From positions 8,336 through 72,335 of the forward strand of contig QZJT01000039.1 in the NCBI GenBank assembly GCA_003597935.1: a stretch of 64,000 nucleotides of DNA, written 5' to 3'. The DNA comes from Phycisphaerales bacterium. GTDB taxonomy: Bacteria > Planctomycetota > Phycisphaerae > UBA1845. How positions within the stretch are numbered: position 1 is the stretch's first letter; each line of letters starts with the position of its first letter. Position numbers and translations under genes: made by a program. This document shows, one piece after another, positions 1 to 13,641 of the stretch. The notes beneath the pieces were generated by a model. The model ran no database searches and was not told the DNA's origin. It saw only the letters and a program-made list of their open reading frames with translations.

Positions 1-342
1 GTCTATCCGGTGGCGTCGTTTCTGCGGCTGCCTGCCACTCTGTCGGAGTCGCAAGTCGTCAAGGTGCCGCTGGACTCTCTGCACGAGGACCAGGCGCTCT
101 ACCGCGACTTCAACGGCGTGCCGCTGGTCGTCGTGTACACCGGCCGGGTGCCGCGCGTGTACGACGCCTCCTGCACGCACCTGGGATGTCTGGTGGCCTG
201 GGACGGCGGCCGACACCGGTTCCATTGCCCCTGCCACGGCGCCGTGTTCAACGATCACGGTGAGCCGGTCAGCGGTCCGGTCAGCCGGCCGCTCAAGGTG
301 ATCGAGGCGAGCGTCGAGGACGGGTTTCTGGTGATTGCGTAG
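1..342 (+). CDS. Rieske [2Fe-2S] protein of a cytochrome b6/bc-type complex (5' truncated by window edge)
   Basis: Rieske boxes CTHLGC and CPCHGAVF, plus GPVSRPL. The frame is open to base 1 and lies directly upstream of cytochrome b. Confidence 0.92.
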   Translation, partial: VYPVASFLRLPATLSESQVVKVPLDSLHEDQALYRDFNGVPLVVVYTGRVPRVYDASCTHLGCLVAWDGGRHRFHCPCHGAVFNDHGEPVSGPVSRPLKVIEASVEDGFLVIA

Positions 343-355
343 GCCGGGAGCAACG

Positions 356-1009
356 ATGATCTCCGCCATATACAGGTTTCTGGATCAGCGCTTTCACGTC
401 ACGCCGGTGCTGGAAAAGAACGTGACCAAGAAGCTCGTCCCGCGCACGCTGGGCTGGGCGGGCTGCTTCGGAGGGCTGGCGCTGTTCACGTTTCTGATCC
501 AGGTGTTCACCGGCGCGCTGCTCTTGATGTATTACAAGCCGGACCCGTCGCGAGCCTGGGACAGTGTGACGTTCATCAAGTCCAACGTGCCGATGGGCTG
601 GCTGATTCAGCGCGTCCACGCCGTGGGCGCCAACGTCATGATTCTGCTGGTGATGCTGCACATGGCCCGCGTGGCGTACTACAGGATCTTCCGTCCGCCG
701 CGCGAGTTGCACTGGGTCAGCGGGGTGATCCTGTTTCTTCTGACCACCGGACTGGCCTTTACCGGGTATCTGTTGCCCTGGACGCAGCTCAGCTACTGGG
801 GGGCCAAGATCGGCACGGAGATCCCCGGCGCCGTGCCGGCGTTCGGCGAGACCATCGTCACCTGGGTCCGCCGCGGGCGCGTGATCGGACCGGAAACGCT
901 CGGCTTCTTCTTCTCGCTCCACGTGTGGATCCTGCCGGCGCTGATCAGCGGCGTCATGGGTCTGCACTTCGTCATGATCCGCAGGACGGGAATCAGCAAG
1001 CCGCTGTGA
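356..1009 (+). CDS. Cytochrome b6-type (split, N-terminal) cytochrome b
   Basis: Heme His pairs RVH...LHM and LHVWILP...LHF, GYLLPW motif, C-terminal RRTGISKPL. Cys in WAGCFGG sits at the heme ci position. Confidence 0.93.
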   Translation: MISAIYRFLDQRFHVTPVLEKNVTKKLVPRTLGWAGCFGGLALFTFLIQVFTGALLLMYYKPDPSRAWDSVTFIKSNVPMGWLIQRVHAVGANVMILLVMLHMARVAYYRIFRPPRELHWVSGVILFLLTTGLAFTGYLLPWTQLSYWGAKIGTEIPGAVPAFGETIVTWVRRGRVIGPETLGFFFSLHVWILPALISGVMGLHFVMIRRTGISKPL

Positions 1010-1032
1010 AAAAGGGGGCATGGGAGTCGGAA

Positions 1033-2067
1033 ATGGGAGTCAACTACGCCGAGCAGTATGAGCCGGACCAGTTGGAGCCGTTCTGGCCCAATGAGATCCT
1101 CAAGATGATCTCCGTGGTGCTGTGTACCATGGCCGTGATCATGTTCTTCGCCGTGCTGCCCGTGCTGCTGGAGATCGTCGGACTGACGGGATTCGCCGAG
1201 CACGAGCAGCCGGCCGACCCGCGCACCACCCCCTCCCACATCCGGCCGGAATGGTACTTCCTGTCCGTCTACCAGTACCTCAAGCTGATGCCGTCGCAAA
1301 TGCTGGGCGTCGAGGGGGCGGCGCTGGGCGTGCTCAGCCAGAGCGTCGGCGTGGTGCTGCTGCTGACGTTGCCGTTCTGGTATCGCGACGGCCGGCCGGA
1401 CCTCGACGTGGCGCAGACGCGGCGCGGCGTCGCCTGGTTCAGCGTCGCGTGCCTGGCGTTCGTGGTCAGCGGATACCTCGTCAGCCGCGCCAACGCGATG
1501 CTGAGCGACCGCATCGGGGCCTGGCTTCACCCGGTGTTCTGGTGGCCGGTGCTGGCGGTGGGCTGCTGGGGACTGGCGCTGGTCGGCGGTCGCATGGCGG
1601 GTTTTGACGCGGTCGGGCGATGGCTGATGCTGCTGACGGTCAGTCTGCTGTTTGTTCTCTTTCAGTTCGTGATGTTCGTCATCGTGCTGGGGCGCTGGCT
1701 GGCCGGGCTGGTCCCGGCCGGGGTCGCGCTGACCGTCGGCGCGGTGATCTTCCTAGCTGCCGCCGTCTGGGCGCTGAAGGTCACCGCCGCCCACCTCCAC
1801 GGGCGGGCGCAGCAGGCCAGGCGCGCCGTCTTCATCGTCACGGTGACGGAGAACGTCGCCCTCTTCCTGGGCCTGATGGTCTGGGCCAAGTGGCCCCACG
1901 ATCCGCTGCTGGACGCCGCCGGCGCCTTGACGGAGGAGGCCCGGCATTTCGCCTACATGCTGGTCGTGGTGATCGCGGCCGTGGTTCTCTTTGCCTCCCT
2001 GGTCGCGGTGGAGCGCCGCAACATCACCCGCGTGCTCGGTCCCAGACACAAGGAGGACCAACCATGA
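1033..2067 (+). CDS. Cytochrome b6 complex subunit IV (PetD/QcrC-like) with extra transmembrane helices
   Basis: EPFWPN and PADPRTTPSHIRPEWYF (PEWY Qo motif), followed by several additional hydrophobic segments. Confidence 0.85.
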   Translation: MGVNYAEQYEPDQLEPFWPNEILKMISVVLCTMAVIMFFAVLPVLLEIVGLTGFAEHEQPADPRTTPSHIRPEWYFLSVYQYLKLMPSQMLGVEGAALGVLSQSVGVVLLLTLPFWYRDGRPDLDVAQTRRGVAWFSVACLAFVVSGYLVSRANAMLSDRIGAWLHPVFWWPVLAVGCWGLALVGGRMAGFDAVGRWLMLLTVSLLFVLFQFVMFVIVLGRWLAGLVPAGVALTVGAVIFLAAAVWALKVTAAHLHGRAQQARRAVFIVTVTENVALFLGLMVWAKWPHDPLLDAAGALTEEARHFAYMLVVVIAAVVLFASLVAVERRNITRVLGPRHKEDQP

Positions 2068-2981
2068 CGTTGTCATGCCTGCTCCTGCTCCACGCGGCGG
2101 CGGTTGGACAGCCGAGCGACGATTCTTTCGCCGACAACGCCTGCGTCCAGTGCCACCGGAATCTGGCCGGCCGCTCCAGCGAGATCGTCGACGTGGAATG
2201 GAAGAACAGCATTCACTACGCCAACGCCGTCGCGTGCGACGGCTGCCACGGCGGCGACGCCAGCCTGCGGGCCGATCAGTTCCCCAACGACGAGGCATTC
2301 AAGGACGCCGCCCACCTCAGCCGCAACCCGGAGTTCCTCACCCTCACCGCCGAGGAGGGGCGGTTCATCAGCGAGACTCGAGGGCGGAGCATCTCGTATT
2401 TCTGCGGCCGGTGTCATGCCCTCATCAAGGAAAAGCACCTGGGCAGCCCGCACGGAGACTTCGGCGACCCGAGTTGTCTCTACTGCCACGGCCAGGGATC
2501 CCACGCCATCCAGCGGGCGGGCCTGGAGATCATCGACGTCAGGCCGCTGGCTCAGAACGGCCGCTGCGCCATGTGCCACCAGGCGAGCACCATGGAGGCC
2601 GTCGCGACCATCCGGAACACCCTGCAGGAGGCGGCCGACAAAATCGAGACCTCCGGCCGGCTCTATGCGGAACTGGAGTCGTGGGGATACCACAACCTGG
2701 AACTGGAAACGCTCCACCACCATCGCGAAGAGGTACACTCGGGGCTGCGGCGCGTGTTCCACAGCTTCAACATGCGCGAAATCAACGATTTCGTGGGAGA
2801 AATCAGCGGGATTTCGGAACGGACCACCCAGACGCACAAGCTGATCGGCCAACTCCGCGCCGCCCGCCGCACCCAGACGCTGATCGGTGTTCTGGCGGCC
2901 GTGTTCCTGGTCTCGTTCGCGCTCGTCCTGGTGTACTACAAGAACCACTGCTGCGCGGCCCACGAAATGCAGGCGACTTGA
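2064..2981 (+). CDS. Membrane-anchored pentaheme cytochrome c
   Basis: AGGAGG SD and ATGA overlap with the previous stop. Signal-like N-terminus, motifs CVQCH, CDGCH, CGRCH, CLYCH and CAMCH, and a C-terminal TM helix. Confidence 0.88.
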   Translation: MTLSCLLLLHAAAVGQPSDDSFADNACVQCHRNLAGRSSEIVDVEWKNSIHYANAVACDGCHGGDASLRADQFPNDEAFKDAAHLSRNPEFLTLTAEEGRFISETRGRSISYFCGRCHALIKEKHLGSPHGDFGDPSCLYCHGQGSHAIQRAGLEIIDVRPLAQNGRCAMCHQASTMEAVATIRNTLQEAADKIETSGRLYAELESWGYHNLELETLHHHREEVHSGLRRVFHSFNMREINDFVGEISGISERTTQTHKLIGQLRAARRTQTLIGVLAAVFLVSFALVLVYYKNHCCAAHEMQAT

Positions 2982-3019
2982 GGGTCGGCCGGGATGGTCC
3001 GACGCGCAGGAAACGTTTA

Positions 3020-5050
3020 ATGAATCCAGCAGCCTCCGAACCGCAGTCCGACGCCAGATCGGTGGTGTTCTGGCGGAACAAGCTGACCTTCGCCGGGGCC
3101 ATCCTCGCGTACGCCGCCATTCTTTTCCTGGGGTGTTTTTTCCTCATCGGCCTGCTGACCCCCGTACACAATCCTTACGTGGGGCTGTGGTTCTACCTGG
3201 TTCTGCCCGGCGTGCTGGTGGTGGGTCTGCTGCTGATGCCGCTGGGGACGCTGGTCGAGTGGCGCAAGCAGCGCCGGGCGGCCCGACGCAACGGCGACCC
3301 GGGCAAGCCCCTCCGCCTGGACCTGAACCTGCCGCACCACCGCAAGGTCCTGAAGTTCGTCATCGTCACGACGGTGTTCGTCGTGCCGGTGGTCGCCACC
3401 ACGACCTATCAGGGATATCACTACACCGACTCGACGGACTTCTGCGCCAAGGTGTGCCACACGGTGATGGAGCCGCAGTACGTCGCCCAGCAGCGCTCGC
3501 CCCACGCCCGCGTACCCTGCGTCGAATGTCACATCGGCTCCGGCGCGGAATGGTACGTCAAGTCGAAGCTCTCGGGGGCGCGGCAGGTACTGGCGGTGGC
3601 CCGCAATTCGTATCATCGCCCCATCCCGCCGGCCATCACGGAGCTGCGCCCGGCGGTGGAGACGTGTCAGGAATGTCACTGGCCGGAGAAGTTCTACGGC
3701 GACCAGCTTGTGCGCATCGCCCACTACGCCAACGACGAAGGCAACTCGCCCCGGCACGTCGAGATGATCGTCAAGACCGGCGGCGGCGACCCGAAGCACG
3801 GCCCCGCCCGCGGCATCCACTGGCACATGGCGCTGTCCAACCGCATCGAATACGTCGCCACCGACGAGGGGTTGCAGGATATCACGTGGGTGCGGCAGGT
3901 TACGGCCGACGGGCGATCGATCGTCTACCGCCGCGACGGCCTGACCGGCCGGGATCCCAAGCCGGACGGCATCGAGCGCACGGTGGACTGCATGGACTGC
4001 CACAACCGCGCCGCCCACGATTTTCATCCCCCGCTGGTCGCGCTGGATCTGGCCCTGGACTCGGCGGGGATGATCGACCGGTCGCTGCCCTACATCAAGC
4101 GCGAGGCCATCGCCGCCCTGGTTGCGGCCCGGACCGCGCCGGACAACGCGCCGCAGGTCATCGATCGGCACATCAACGAGTTCTATCGCCGCGAGTATCC
4201 GCGCGTCGCGCGGGACAGCGCCGCCTCCGTCCGGCAGGCCGTGATCGCGGTGAGTGATATCTTCCGCACCACGTTCTTTCCCCGGATGTCGGTGGATTGG
4301 CGGACCTATCCGAACAACATCGGCCACAAGAACTTCCCCGGCTGCTTCCGCTGTCACAACGGCGACATGGTCAGCGACGACGGCACGGCCATTCAGCGCA
4401 CCTGCGCCTCCTGCCACGTTTTTCTGGAAGTGCAGTCCGCGGACGCGGAATCCTCACTGATCCGGGCCGGCCGCTTCGCCCACCCCGTTCCGCTGATGGG
4501 CGTTCACGCCACGACGGCGTGCAGCAACTGCCACAACGGCGGCGTCCCGCCCGCCACGAGCTGTGCCAGTTGTCACACGGTGGAATCGGGCCTGGCGGCC
4601 GGCACGCTGCCGGAGCTGCAGCGCTTCGGCATCTCGGCCGGGCCGCTCGCAAACCACTCGTGCGAAGCCTGCCACGACCTGTCCAAGCCGCGCGACGTCC
4701 AGGCGATCGCCTCCCGCTGCACCACGTGTCACAACGACGCCGCGGCCGATCATCCGTCGGGGATCCATGCCGAGGCGCTGCTGGCCGCCCAGACCGCACT
4801 GGTCGAAGCCCGCCGCCGCGCCGAAGCGGCGCTCGCCGAGGTGAAGGCGAGCGCGGGCGTTGCGTCGCAAGCACGCGCCGATCCCCTGGCTTACGCGGGT
4901 GGACGCGGGGACGAGCGAAGCAACAGCTTCGCGTGGCTCGAGGACAGCGCCTCTGTAATGAGACTCCTGGATCAAGCCAGCGCCATTCACAATCCGGATG
5001 CTGCGATTACCGTCTACGACGCCATCGTCGCACACGCACAAGGGCGGTAG
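3020..5050 (+). CDS. NapC/NirT-family multiheme cytochrome c (9 CxxCH + 1 CxxxCH)
   Basis: Three N-terminal TM segments, TDSTDFCAKVCH, then CVECH, CQECH, CMDCH, CFRCH, CASCH, CSNCH, CASCH, CEACH and CTTCH. Confidence 0.88.
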   Translation: MNPAASEPQSDARSVVFWRNKLTFAGAILAYAAILFLGCFFLIGLLTPVHNPYVGLWFYLVLPGVLVVGLLLMPLGTLVEWRKQRRAARRNGDPGKPLRLDLNLPHHRKVLKFVIVTTVFVVPVVATTTYQGYHYTDSTDFCAKVCHTVMEPQYVAQQRSPHARVPCVECHIGSGAEWYVKSKLSGARQVLAVARNSYHRPIPPAITELRPAVETCQECHWPEKFYGDQLVRIAHYANDEGNSPRHVEMIVKTGGGDPKHGPARGIHWHMALSNRIEYVATDEGLQDITWVRQVTADGRSIVYRRDGLTGRDPKPDGIERTVDCMDCHNRAAHDFHPPLVALDLALDSAGMIDRSLPYIKREAIAALVAARTAPDNAPQVIDRHINEFYRREYPRVARDSAASVRQAVIAVSDIFRTTFFPRMSVDWRTYPNNIGHKNFPGCFRCHNGDMVSDDGTAIQRTCASCHVFLEVQSADAESSLIRAGRFAHPVPLMGVHATTACSNCHNGGVPPATSCASCHTVESGLAAGTLPELQRFGISAGPLANHSCEACHDLSKPRDVQAIASRCTTCHNDAAADHPSGIHAEALLAAQTALVEARRRAEAALAEVKASAGVASQARADPLAYAGGRGDERSNSFAWLEDSASVMRLLDQASAIHNPDAAITVYDAIVAHAQGR

Positions 5051-5214
5051 TCCCACGGCACGCGCAGCGCGTCCCCACCCTGACACTGAAACGGGTCGTG
5101 TGTACAAACCGGACCGCGGTGTTGGTCTGCGGGCGGAGCCCGCGCTATGCCATCCGTCTGATCTGTGTGATCTGTGTTGTCGGTGGTTCCTTGACTATCC
5201 GCGGACGGCGCCCC

Positions 5215-6765
5215 TCATTCCCACTCGATGGTCGCCGGTGGTTTTGAGGAGATGTCATACACCACGCGGTTCACGCCCTGGACCTCGTTGATGACGCGGG
5301 TGGAAATGCGGCCGAGCAGTTCGTAGTCGACGTGGACCCAGTCGGCGGTCATGAAGTCAGCGCTTTCGACGAAGCGGACGGCGATCACGTGCTGGCCCGT
5401 ATACGTCCGGCCGTCGCCCATCACGCCCACTGTCGATATCGGCAGCAGCACGCCGAAGGCCTGGGCGATCTTGCGATACCACCCGGCCGCCCGCACTTCC
5501 TCGATGATGATGTCATCGGCCGCCCGCAGGATCGCCAGCCGCTCGCGCGTCACCGCCCCCATGATCCGCACCGCCAGCCCCGGTCCCGGGAACGGATGCC
5601 GCCAGACGATCTCCGGCGGCAGGCCCAGGTGCTCGCCCACCCGCCGCACCTCGTCCTTGAACAGGTCGCGGAGCGGCTCGACCAGCTCGAAGCCGAGTTT
5701 CTTCGGCAACCCCCCGACGTTGTGGTGCAGCTTGATGTTGGCCGCCTGACCGGCGTGGCCGTGGCCGGATTCGATCACGTCCGGGTAGAGCGTGCCCTGG
5801 GCCAGGAACTTCGCTCCCTCGATGGAGGCCGCTTCCGCCTTGAAGACGTCGATGAACTCGTGCCCGATGATGCGGCGCTTCTCCTGCGGATCGACCACGC
5901 CCTCCAGCCGCGTCAGGAAGCGGTCGCCCGCGTCGGCCACCCGCAGGTCGACGTGGAAGTGCTCGCGAAACGTCGCCTCGACCAGTTCCACCTCGCGATT
6001 GCGCATCAGGCCGTTGTCCACGAAGATGCACGTCAGGCGGTCGCCGATCGCCCGATGGATCAGCGCGGCCGCCACGCTGCTGTCCACGCCGCCGGACAGG
6101 CCGCAGATGACGCGGGCCTGCGAGCCGACCTGCCGCCGGATGGCATCCGTCAGGTGTTCGGTGACGTTTCCGACTTTCCAATCGCCCTCGCAGCCGCACA
6201 GGTCGTACAGGAAGTTGCGAAAGACCTGCGTCCCGCACGGCGTGTGCGTCACTTCCGGGTGGAACTGGACGCCGACGATGGGTCTGCTGCGATGCCGCAC
6301 GGCCGCGTAGGAACAAGTCGGCGTTGCCCCGACCGGCAGGAAATCGCCGGACATCTGAGTAACCACGTCGCCGTGGCTCATCCACACGGTGGTCGGTGAC
6401 GGTACGTGCGCCAGAAGGGAACCGGGATCGGTGACATCCAGTCTGGTGCGGCCGTACTCCCGCGTGGGCGTGGCCGTCACCCGCCCTCCGAGCATCTGGC
6501 AGGCGAGCTGCAGGCCGTAGCAGATGCCCAGGATCGGCAGACCCATGTCGAGGATCTCGCGGCGGCAGCGGGGAGCGCCGTCGTCGTAGACGCTGTTGGG
6601 TCCGCCGGAGAACACGAACCCGAAGGCGTTCAGCCGGCGGGCCTCGGCGGCGGAAATGTCCGGGGCGACGATCAGGCTGTGGACGTGCTGCTCGCGGATG
6701 CGCCGGGCGATGAGCTGGACGTACTGGCCGCCGAAGTCGAGGACGAGGATGGTCGCGGGTGTCAT
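5215..6765 (-). CDS. guaA: GMP synthase (glutamine-hydrolysing)
   Basis: [34 protein letters not shown] and C-terminal [10 protein letters not shown]. Confidence 0.98.
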   Translation of the reverse strand: MTPATILVLDFGGQYVQLIARRIREQHVHSLIVAPDISAAEARRLNAFGFVFSGGPNSVYDDGAPRCRREILDMGLPILGICYGLQLACQMLGGRVTATPTREYGRTRLDVTDPGSLLAHVPSPTTVWMSHGDVVTQMSGDFLPVGATPTCSYAAVRHRSRPIVGVQFHPEVTHTPCGTQVFRNFLYDLCGCEGDWKVGNVTEHLTDAIRRQVGSQARVICGLSGGVDSSVAAALIHRAIGDRLTCIFVDNGLMRNREVELVEATFREHFHVDLRVADAGDRFLTRLEGVVDPQEKRRIIGHEFIDVFKAEAASIEGAKFLAQGTLYPDVIESGHGHAGQAANIKLHHNVGGLPKKLGFELVEPLRDLFKDEVRRVGEHLGLPPEIVWRHPFPGPGLAVRIMGAVTRERLAILRAADDIIIEEVRAAGWYRKIAQAFGVLLPISTVGVMGDGRTYTGQHVIAVRFVESADFMTADWVHVDYELLGRISTRVINEVQGVNRVVYDISSKPPATIEWE

Positions 6766-7220
6766 CGGGCTGTTTTCTTCCGGCTTCGTTCCATAACGGC
6801 GTGACCGCGGCGTCCGGGACGGGGGCGGTCGCGATCACCATGGCGACGCGTTTATAGCCCGGACTTGGGCCCGCGGAAAGGCGCCGGCTTCAGATGCGCC
6901 CATCTTGAATGCGTGACGCAATCGGCAGCTCCTTCCAGCGAGCCGCGTGGCTTCAGCCCGCGCGGCGTTTCCCAGTGAACGCAGTCTCACGCCGCGGGAG
7001 CCGCTCCACGCTGCCGCCAGGCTGGAGCCTGGCGGTCCCAAGGGCACTCGTCGCATCCATCACGCAGCCGGCGGCGTTCACGGGACCGCGGGCGTACCGG
7101 CGCGGAATCGAATCCGCCCGCCGATCCCAAGCCGTTTGAGCGCGTTTATGCCCGCCGCTACCATCCTCCGTCCAATGGTCCGCCGCGTGGCGGGCGGCGG
7201 ATGGCTGTAGAGGTTGCGCG

Positions 7221-10559
<3,339 letters not shown>

Positions 10560-10585
10560 TTGCTGCTCGGGGCACGCGACTTCGC

Positions 10586-11500
10586 TCAATCCTCGCCCGC
10601 CCTTTCCGCCAGCCGCTGGCGGGCGCGAGCGATCGTGTACACCCCCAGCAGGATGAGGCACCCGCCCAAGATCGTCCGCACGCTGACCGTCTCCTGGAGC
10701 GCGCGGCGGGCGACCGCCCAAGTCACGAACGGCTCCAGGTACAGATACGAACCCGTGCGGGCCGCCCCGTGTTCCGTCAGCGCCGCGTACCAGCAGTAAT
10801 AGGCCACACCGCCGCAGATCACGCCCAGAAACAGCAGCGCCCCCACCGCCCGCGGCGTGACCGCGCCCGCCAGCAGAGGTCCGCCGAAGATCGCCATCGG
10901 CGCCATCAGCACCGCCGACAGCGCCGTAACGAAGGCCGTCACCGTGAGCGGTCCGTTGCGCCGTACCGGCCCGGCGCTGATGAGCGTGTGGGCCGTCCAC
11001 GTCAGGCAGGAGGACAGTTGCAGCATGTCGCCGAAGGAGGCGTTTACGAACTCCCGCACCTGTTGCAGCATGATCAGCGTGATCCCGCCCGTGGCGATCG
11101 CCACCCCCAGCCACGCCGCCGACGACAGCCGCTGCTTCAGGAAGACGCGGGCACCCAGGGCGATCGTGACGGGGATGAATCCGATGATCCAGCCGGTCCG
11201 CACGGCCGACGTGTGCATCAGACCGTGCGCCTGGATGAAGAGGTGTACCGCGCCGATCGCGCCCAGGACGACGCACACGCGACGGTCGCCACGAGGGACA
11301 ATCGCGCGGCCGCTAAACCGAGCCAGCGCCAGCATCGCCGCGCCGCTGACGACCAGCCGCGTGGCAGTCAGCCCGTAGGGAGTGAAGGTCTCCAGCGCCA
11401 TCCGCGTCGCGACGAACGACGCGCCCCACACGACAACGGCAAACAACGCCTTGCCGGACCAGCGCGCCGCGGATGAATCGTCAGCCGAATGCGTCGTCAT
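10586..11500 (-). CDS. DMT/EamA family transporter
   Basis: WGASFVATR, about 10 TM helices in two repeats, YLEP motif. Confidence 0.88.
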   Translation of the reverse strand: MTTHSADDSSAARWSGKALFAVVVWGASFVATRMALETFTPYGLTATRLVVSGAAMLALARFSGRAIVPRGDRRVCVVLGAIGAVHLFIQAHGLMHTSAVRTGWIIGFIPVTIALGARVFLKQRLSSAAWLGVAIATGGITLIMLQQVREFVNASFGDMLQLSSCLTWTAHTLISAGPVRRNGPLTVTAFVTALSAVLMAPMAIFGGPLLAGAVTPRAVGALLFLGVICGGVAYYCWYAALTEHGAARTGSYLYLEPFVTWAVARRALQETVSVRTILGGCLILLGVYTIARARQRLAERAGED

Positions 11501-11658
11501 GGCGCCATCGTAACGTGCCTCAATGACGCGGGCGAAAGAGGCCGCCCTGTCGTCATGCGGGAGTCCGGAACGGATACGAGAAGCTGCGGCGTCCCCGGCT
11601 GCCCGCTTCTTCCTTCCCCCGCGTTGCTCGACCCTGCACAGCCGCTACGATTCCGCCC

Positions 11659-12942
11659 ATGTTCGAGACGCTGGCGCAGGCGGACGCGGCAACGCGGGAG
11701 ATTCTCGTCGAAGACCCGGTCGGGGTGCTCGTCATCCTGCTGGTGGTGCTGGCCGTGGTCCTGTCGGCGGAAGCGCATCCGTACTGGGGGCGTGTGCTGC
11801 GGATCGTGCCGGCGCTGGCGCTGTGTTACATCATTCCGTCGATCCTCTCCAGCACTGGCGTCATCCCCAGCAGCGGCGGCTTCCCGCTCTACGTCTGGAT
11901 CAAGAACTACGTGCTGCCGGCGAGCCTCCTGCTGCTGACGCTCTCGCTGGACCTGCCCGCCATCGCCCGGCTGGGACCGAAAGCGGTCATCATGATGCTG
12001 GTCGGCACGGCCGGCGTGGTGGTCGGCGGACCGATCGCACTGGCGGTGACCGACCCGATCGCGTCGCTGTTCACGGAGAACGGGCTGCCGGACGACGCCT
12101 GGCGCGGGATGGCGGCACTGTCGGGCAGTTGGATCGGCGGCGGCGCGAACATGACGGCCATACAGCACGCCGGCTTCGTCCAGACGCCGGACTCGATGAT
12201 GGGGCCGATCATCGTGGTGGACACCGTAGTGGCGGCGGTGTGGATGGCGTGCCTGTTCTTCCTGGCCGGGCGGCGCGAGGCCATCGATCGCTGGACCGGC
12301 GCCGACGTGCGCGCCATCGACGCCCTGCAGCAGAAGATGAGCGACTATCAGGCGTCGGTGATGCACGCCCCGCGGACGTGGGAACTGATGGTGCTGGTGG
12401 CGCTGGGCTTCGGCTTCAGTTGGCTGGCCACGCTCCTGCCGGCCCGGGGGATCGTGCCGAAACTATTCGAGATCCGCGGGAGCGGGGAGTACATCCTGGA
12501 GGGGTTCACCTGGACCGTGGTGCTGATCACCTCGTTCGGCGTCTTGCTCTCGATGACGCCGCTGCGGAAGCTGGAGGGCGCGGGAGCGTCACGGCTGGGC
12601 TCGGTGTTCCTCTATGTCCTGGTCGCCTCGATCGGGGCGAAGGCGGACCTGCACGAGATCCTCAAGACCCCGGCCTACGTGGTGATGGGGTTCATCTGGC
12701 TGTCGATTCACGCGGCCGCCATGCTGATCGCAGGATACCTGATCAAGGCGCCGGTTTTCTTCCTGGCGGTGGGTTCGCAGGCCAATATCGGAGGGGCGGC
12801 GTCGGCGCCGGTGGTGGCCTCCGCGTTCCATTCGTCGCTGGCGCCGGTCGGCGTGCTCCTGGCGATCCTCGGCTACGTGCTGGGCACCTACGCCGCTCTC
12901 GTCTGTGCCTATCTGCTGAAAGCGGTCGCAGGTGCGTCGTAG
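11659..12942 (+). CDS. DUF819 family membrane protein
   Basis: GSWIGGGANM and SQANIGGAASAPVVA motifs in a polytopic membrane protein. Confidence 0.88.
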   Translation: MFETLAQADAATREILVEDPVGVLVILLVVLAVVLSAEAHPYWGRVLRIVPALALCYIIPSILSSTGVIPSSGGFPLYVWIKNYVLPASLLLLTLSLDLPAIARLGPKAVIMMLVGTAGVVVGGPIALAVTDPIASLFTENGLPDDAWRGMAALSGSWIGGGANMTAIQHAGFVQTPDSMMGPIIVVDTVVAAVWMACLFFLAGRREAIDRWTGADVRAIDALQQKMSDYQASVMHAPRTWELMVLVALGFGFSWLATLLPARGIVPKLFEIRGSGEYILEGFTWTVVLITSFGVLLSMTPLRKLEGAGASRLGSVFLYVLVASIGAKADLHEILKTPAYVVMGFIWLSIHAAAMLIAGYLIKAPVFFLAVGSQANIGGAASAPVVASAFHSSLAPVGVLLAILGYVLGTYAALVCAYLLKAVAGAS

Positions 12943-12947
12943 CCCGG

Positions 12948-13394
12948 TCAGGTCAGCATCCGCTCGAAGATCACCACGTTGTCGCCGCTTTCGGTGTCCC
13001 AGCGCAGCCCCACCAGGTCGTAGCCCTGTGTGATGGCGGCGTGCAGCATGGGACGATGCTGATTCGCGCACTCGAAGCGGATGGAAACGTAACCGTGGTC
13101 GGCTGCCCAGGCCCGCTGGCCCTCCAGCAACTGGCTGGCGATCCCGGCCCGGCGGTAGTCCGGCAGCACGCCGCACAGCCAACTGAAGTAGGTGCTGGGT
13201 GTCAGCTCGAAGCCCAAGTTGAAGCCCACGGCCGCGTCTTCGACGCTGGCGACCATCATGCAGACGTTATGGCGGCCCTTGAAGCGGCGTTCGAAGTGCG
13301 ACGCATCGTGCTTCGGTGTGAAGACCCGGTTGTAGAGATCGACGATCACCTCGATCTCGTACGGTCCGACCACGTCGATTCTCGCGTTCGCCAT
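12948..13394 (-). CDS. GNAT family N-acetyltransferase
   Basis: Motif A GVLPDYRRAGIA, about 148 aa. Confidence 0.85.
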   Translation of the reverse strand: MANARIDVVGPYEIEVIVDLYNRVFTPKHDASHFERRFKGRHNVCMMVASVEDAAVGFNLGFELTPSTYFSWLCGVLPDYRRAGIASQLLEGQRAWAADHGYVSIRFECANQHRPMLHAAITQGYDLVGLRWDTESGDNVVIFERMLT

Positions 13395-13641
13395 GCGACC
13401 TCGCTCCACCGGAGACTACGTTCCATCAGCCGCCGATTCTAGAGCACCCGCCGACCTTCCGCACCACGACCGGCGGGCCGGGAGCACGCGCGGGCGTTTG
13501 GATCGCTCCCCGCATCCCATATCGGCAGCGCTATGCCCTCCCCTCGTCCGGCCCCGAGCCGAACCCTCCGCGTATGAGTGTCAGGAGTTTCGCCCGGGGC
13601 CGACCAATACCGGACGAACCCGATCGAAAGGACGGTGCGGA

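Noticed and set aside
1620-3019. Long N-terminal extensions of ORFs 1620..2981 and 1991..5050
   Set aside because: They overlap real upstream genes in other frames. Better starts are at 2064 and 3020.
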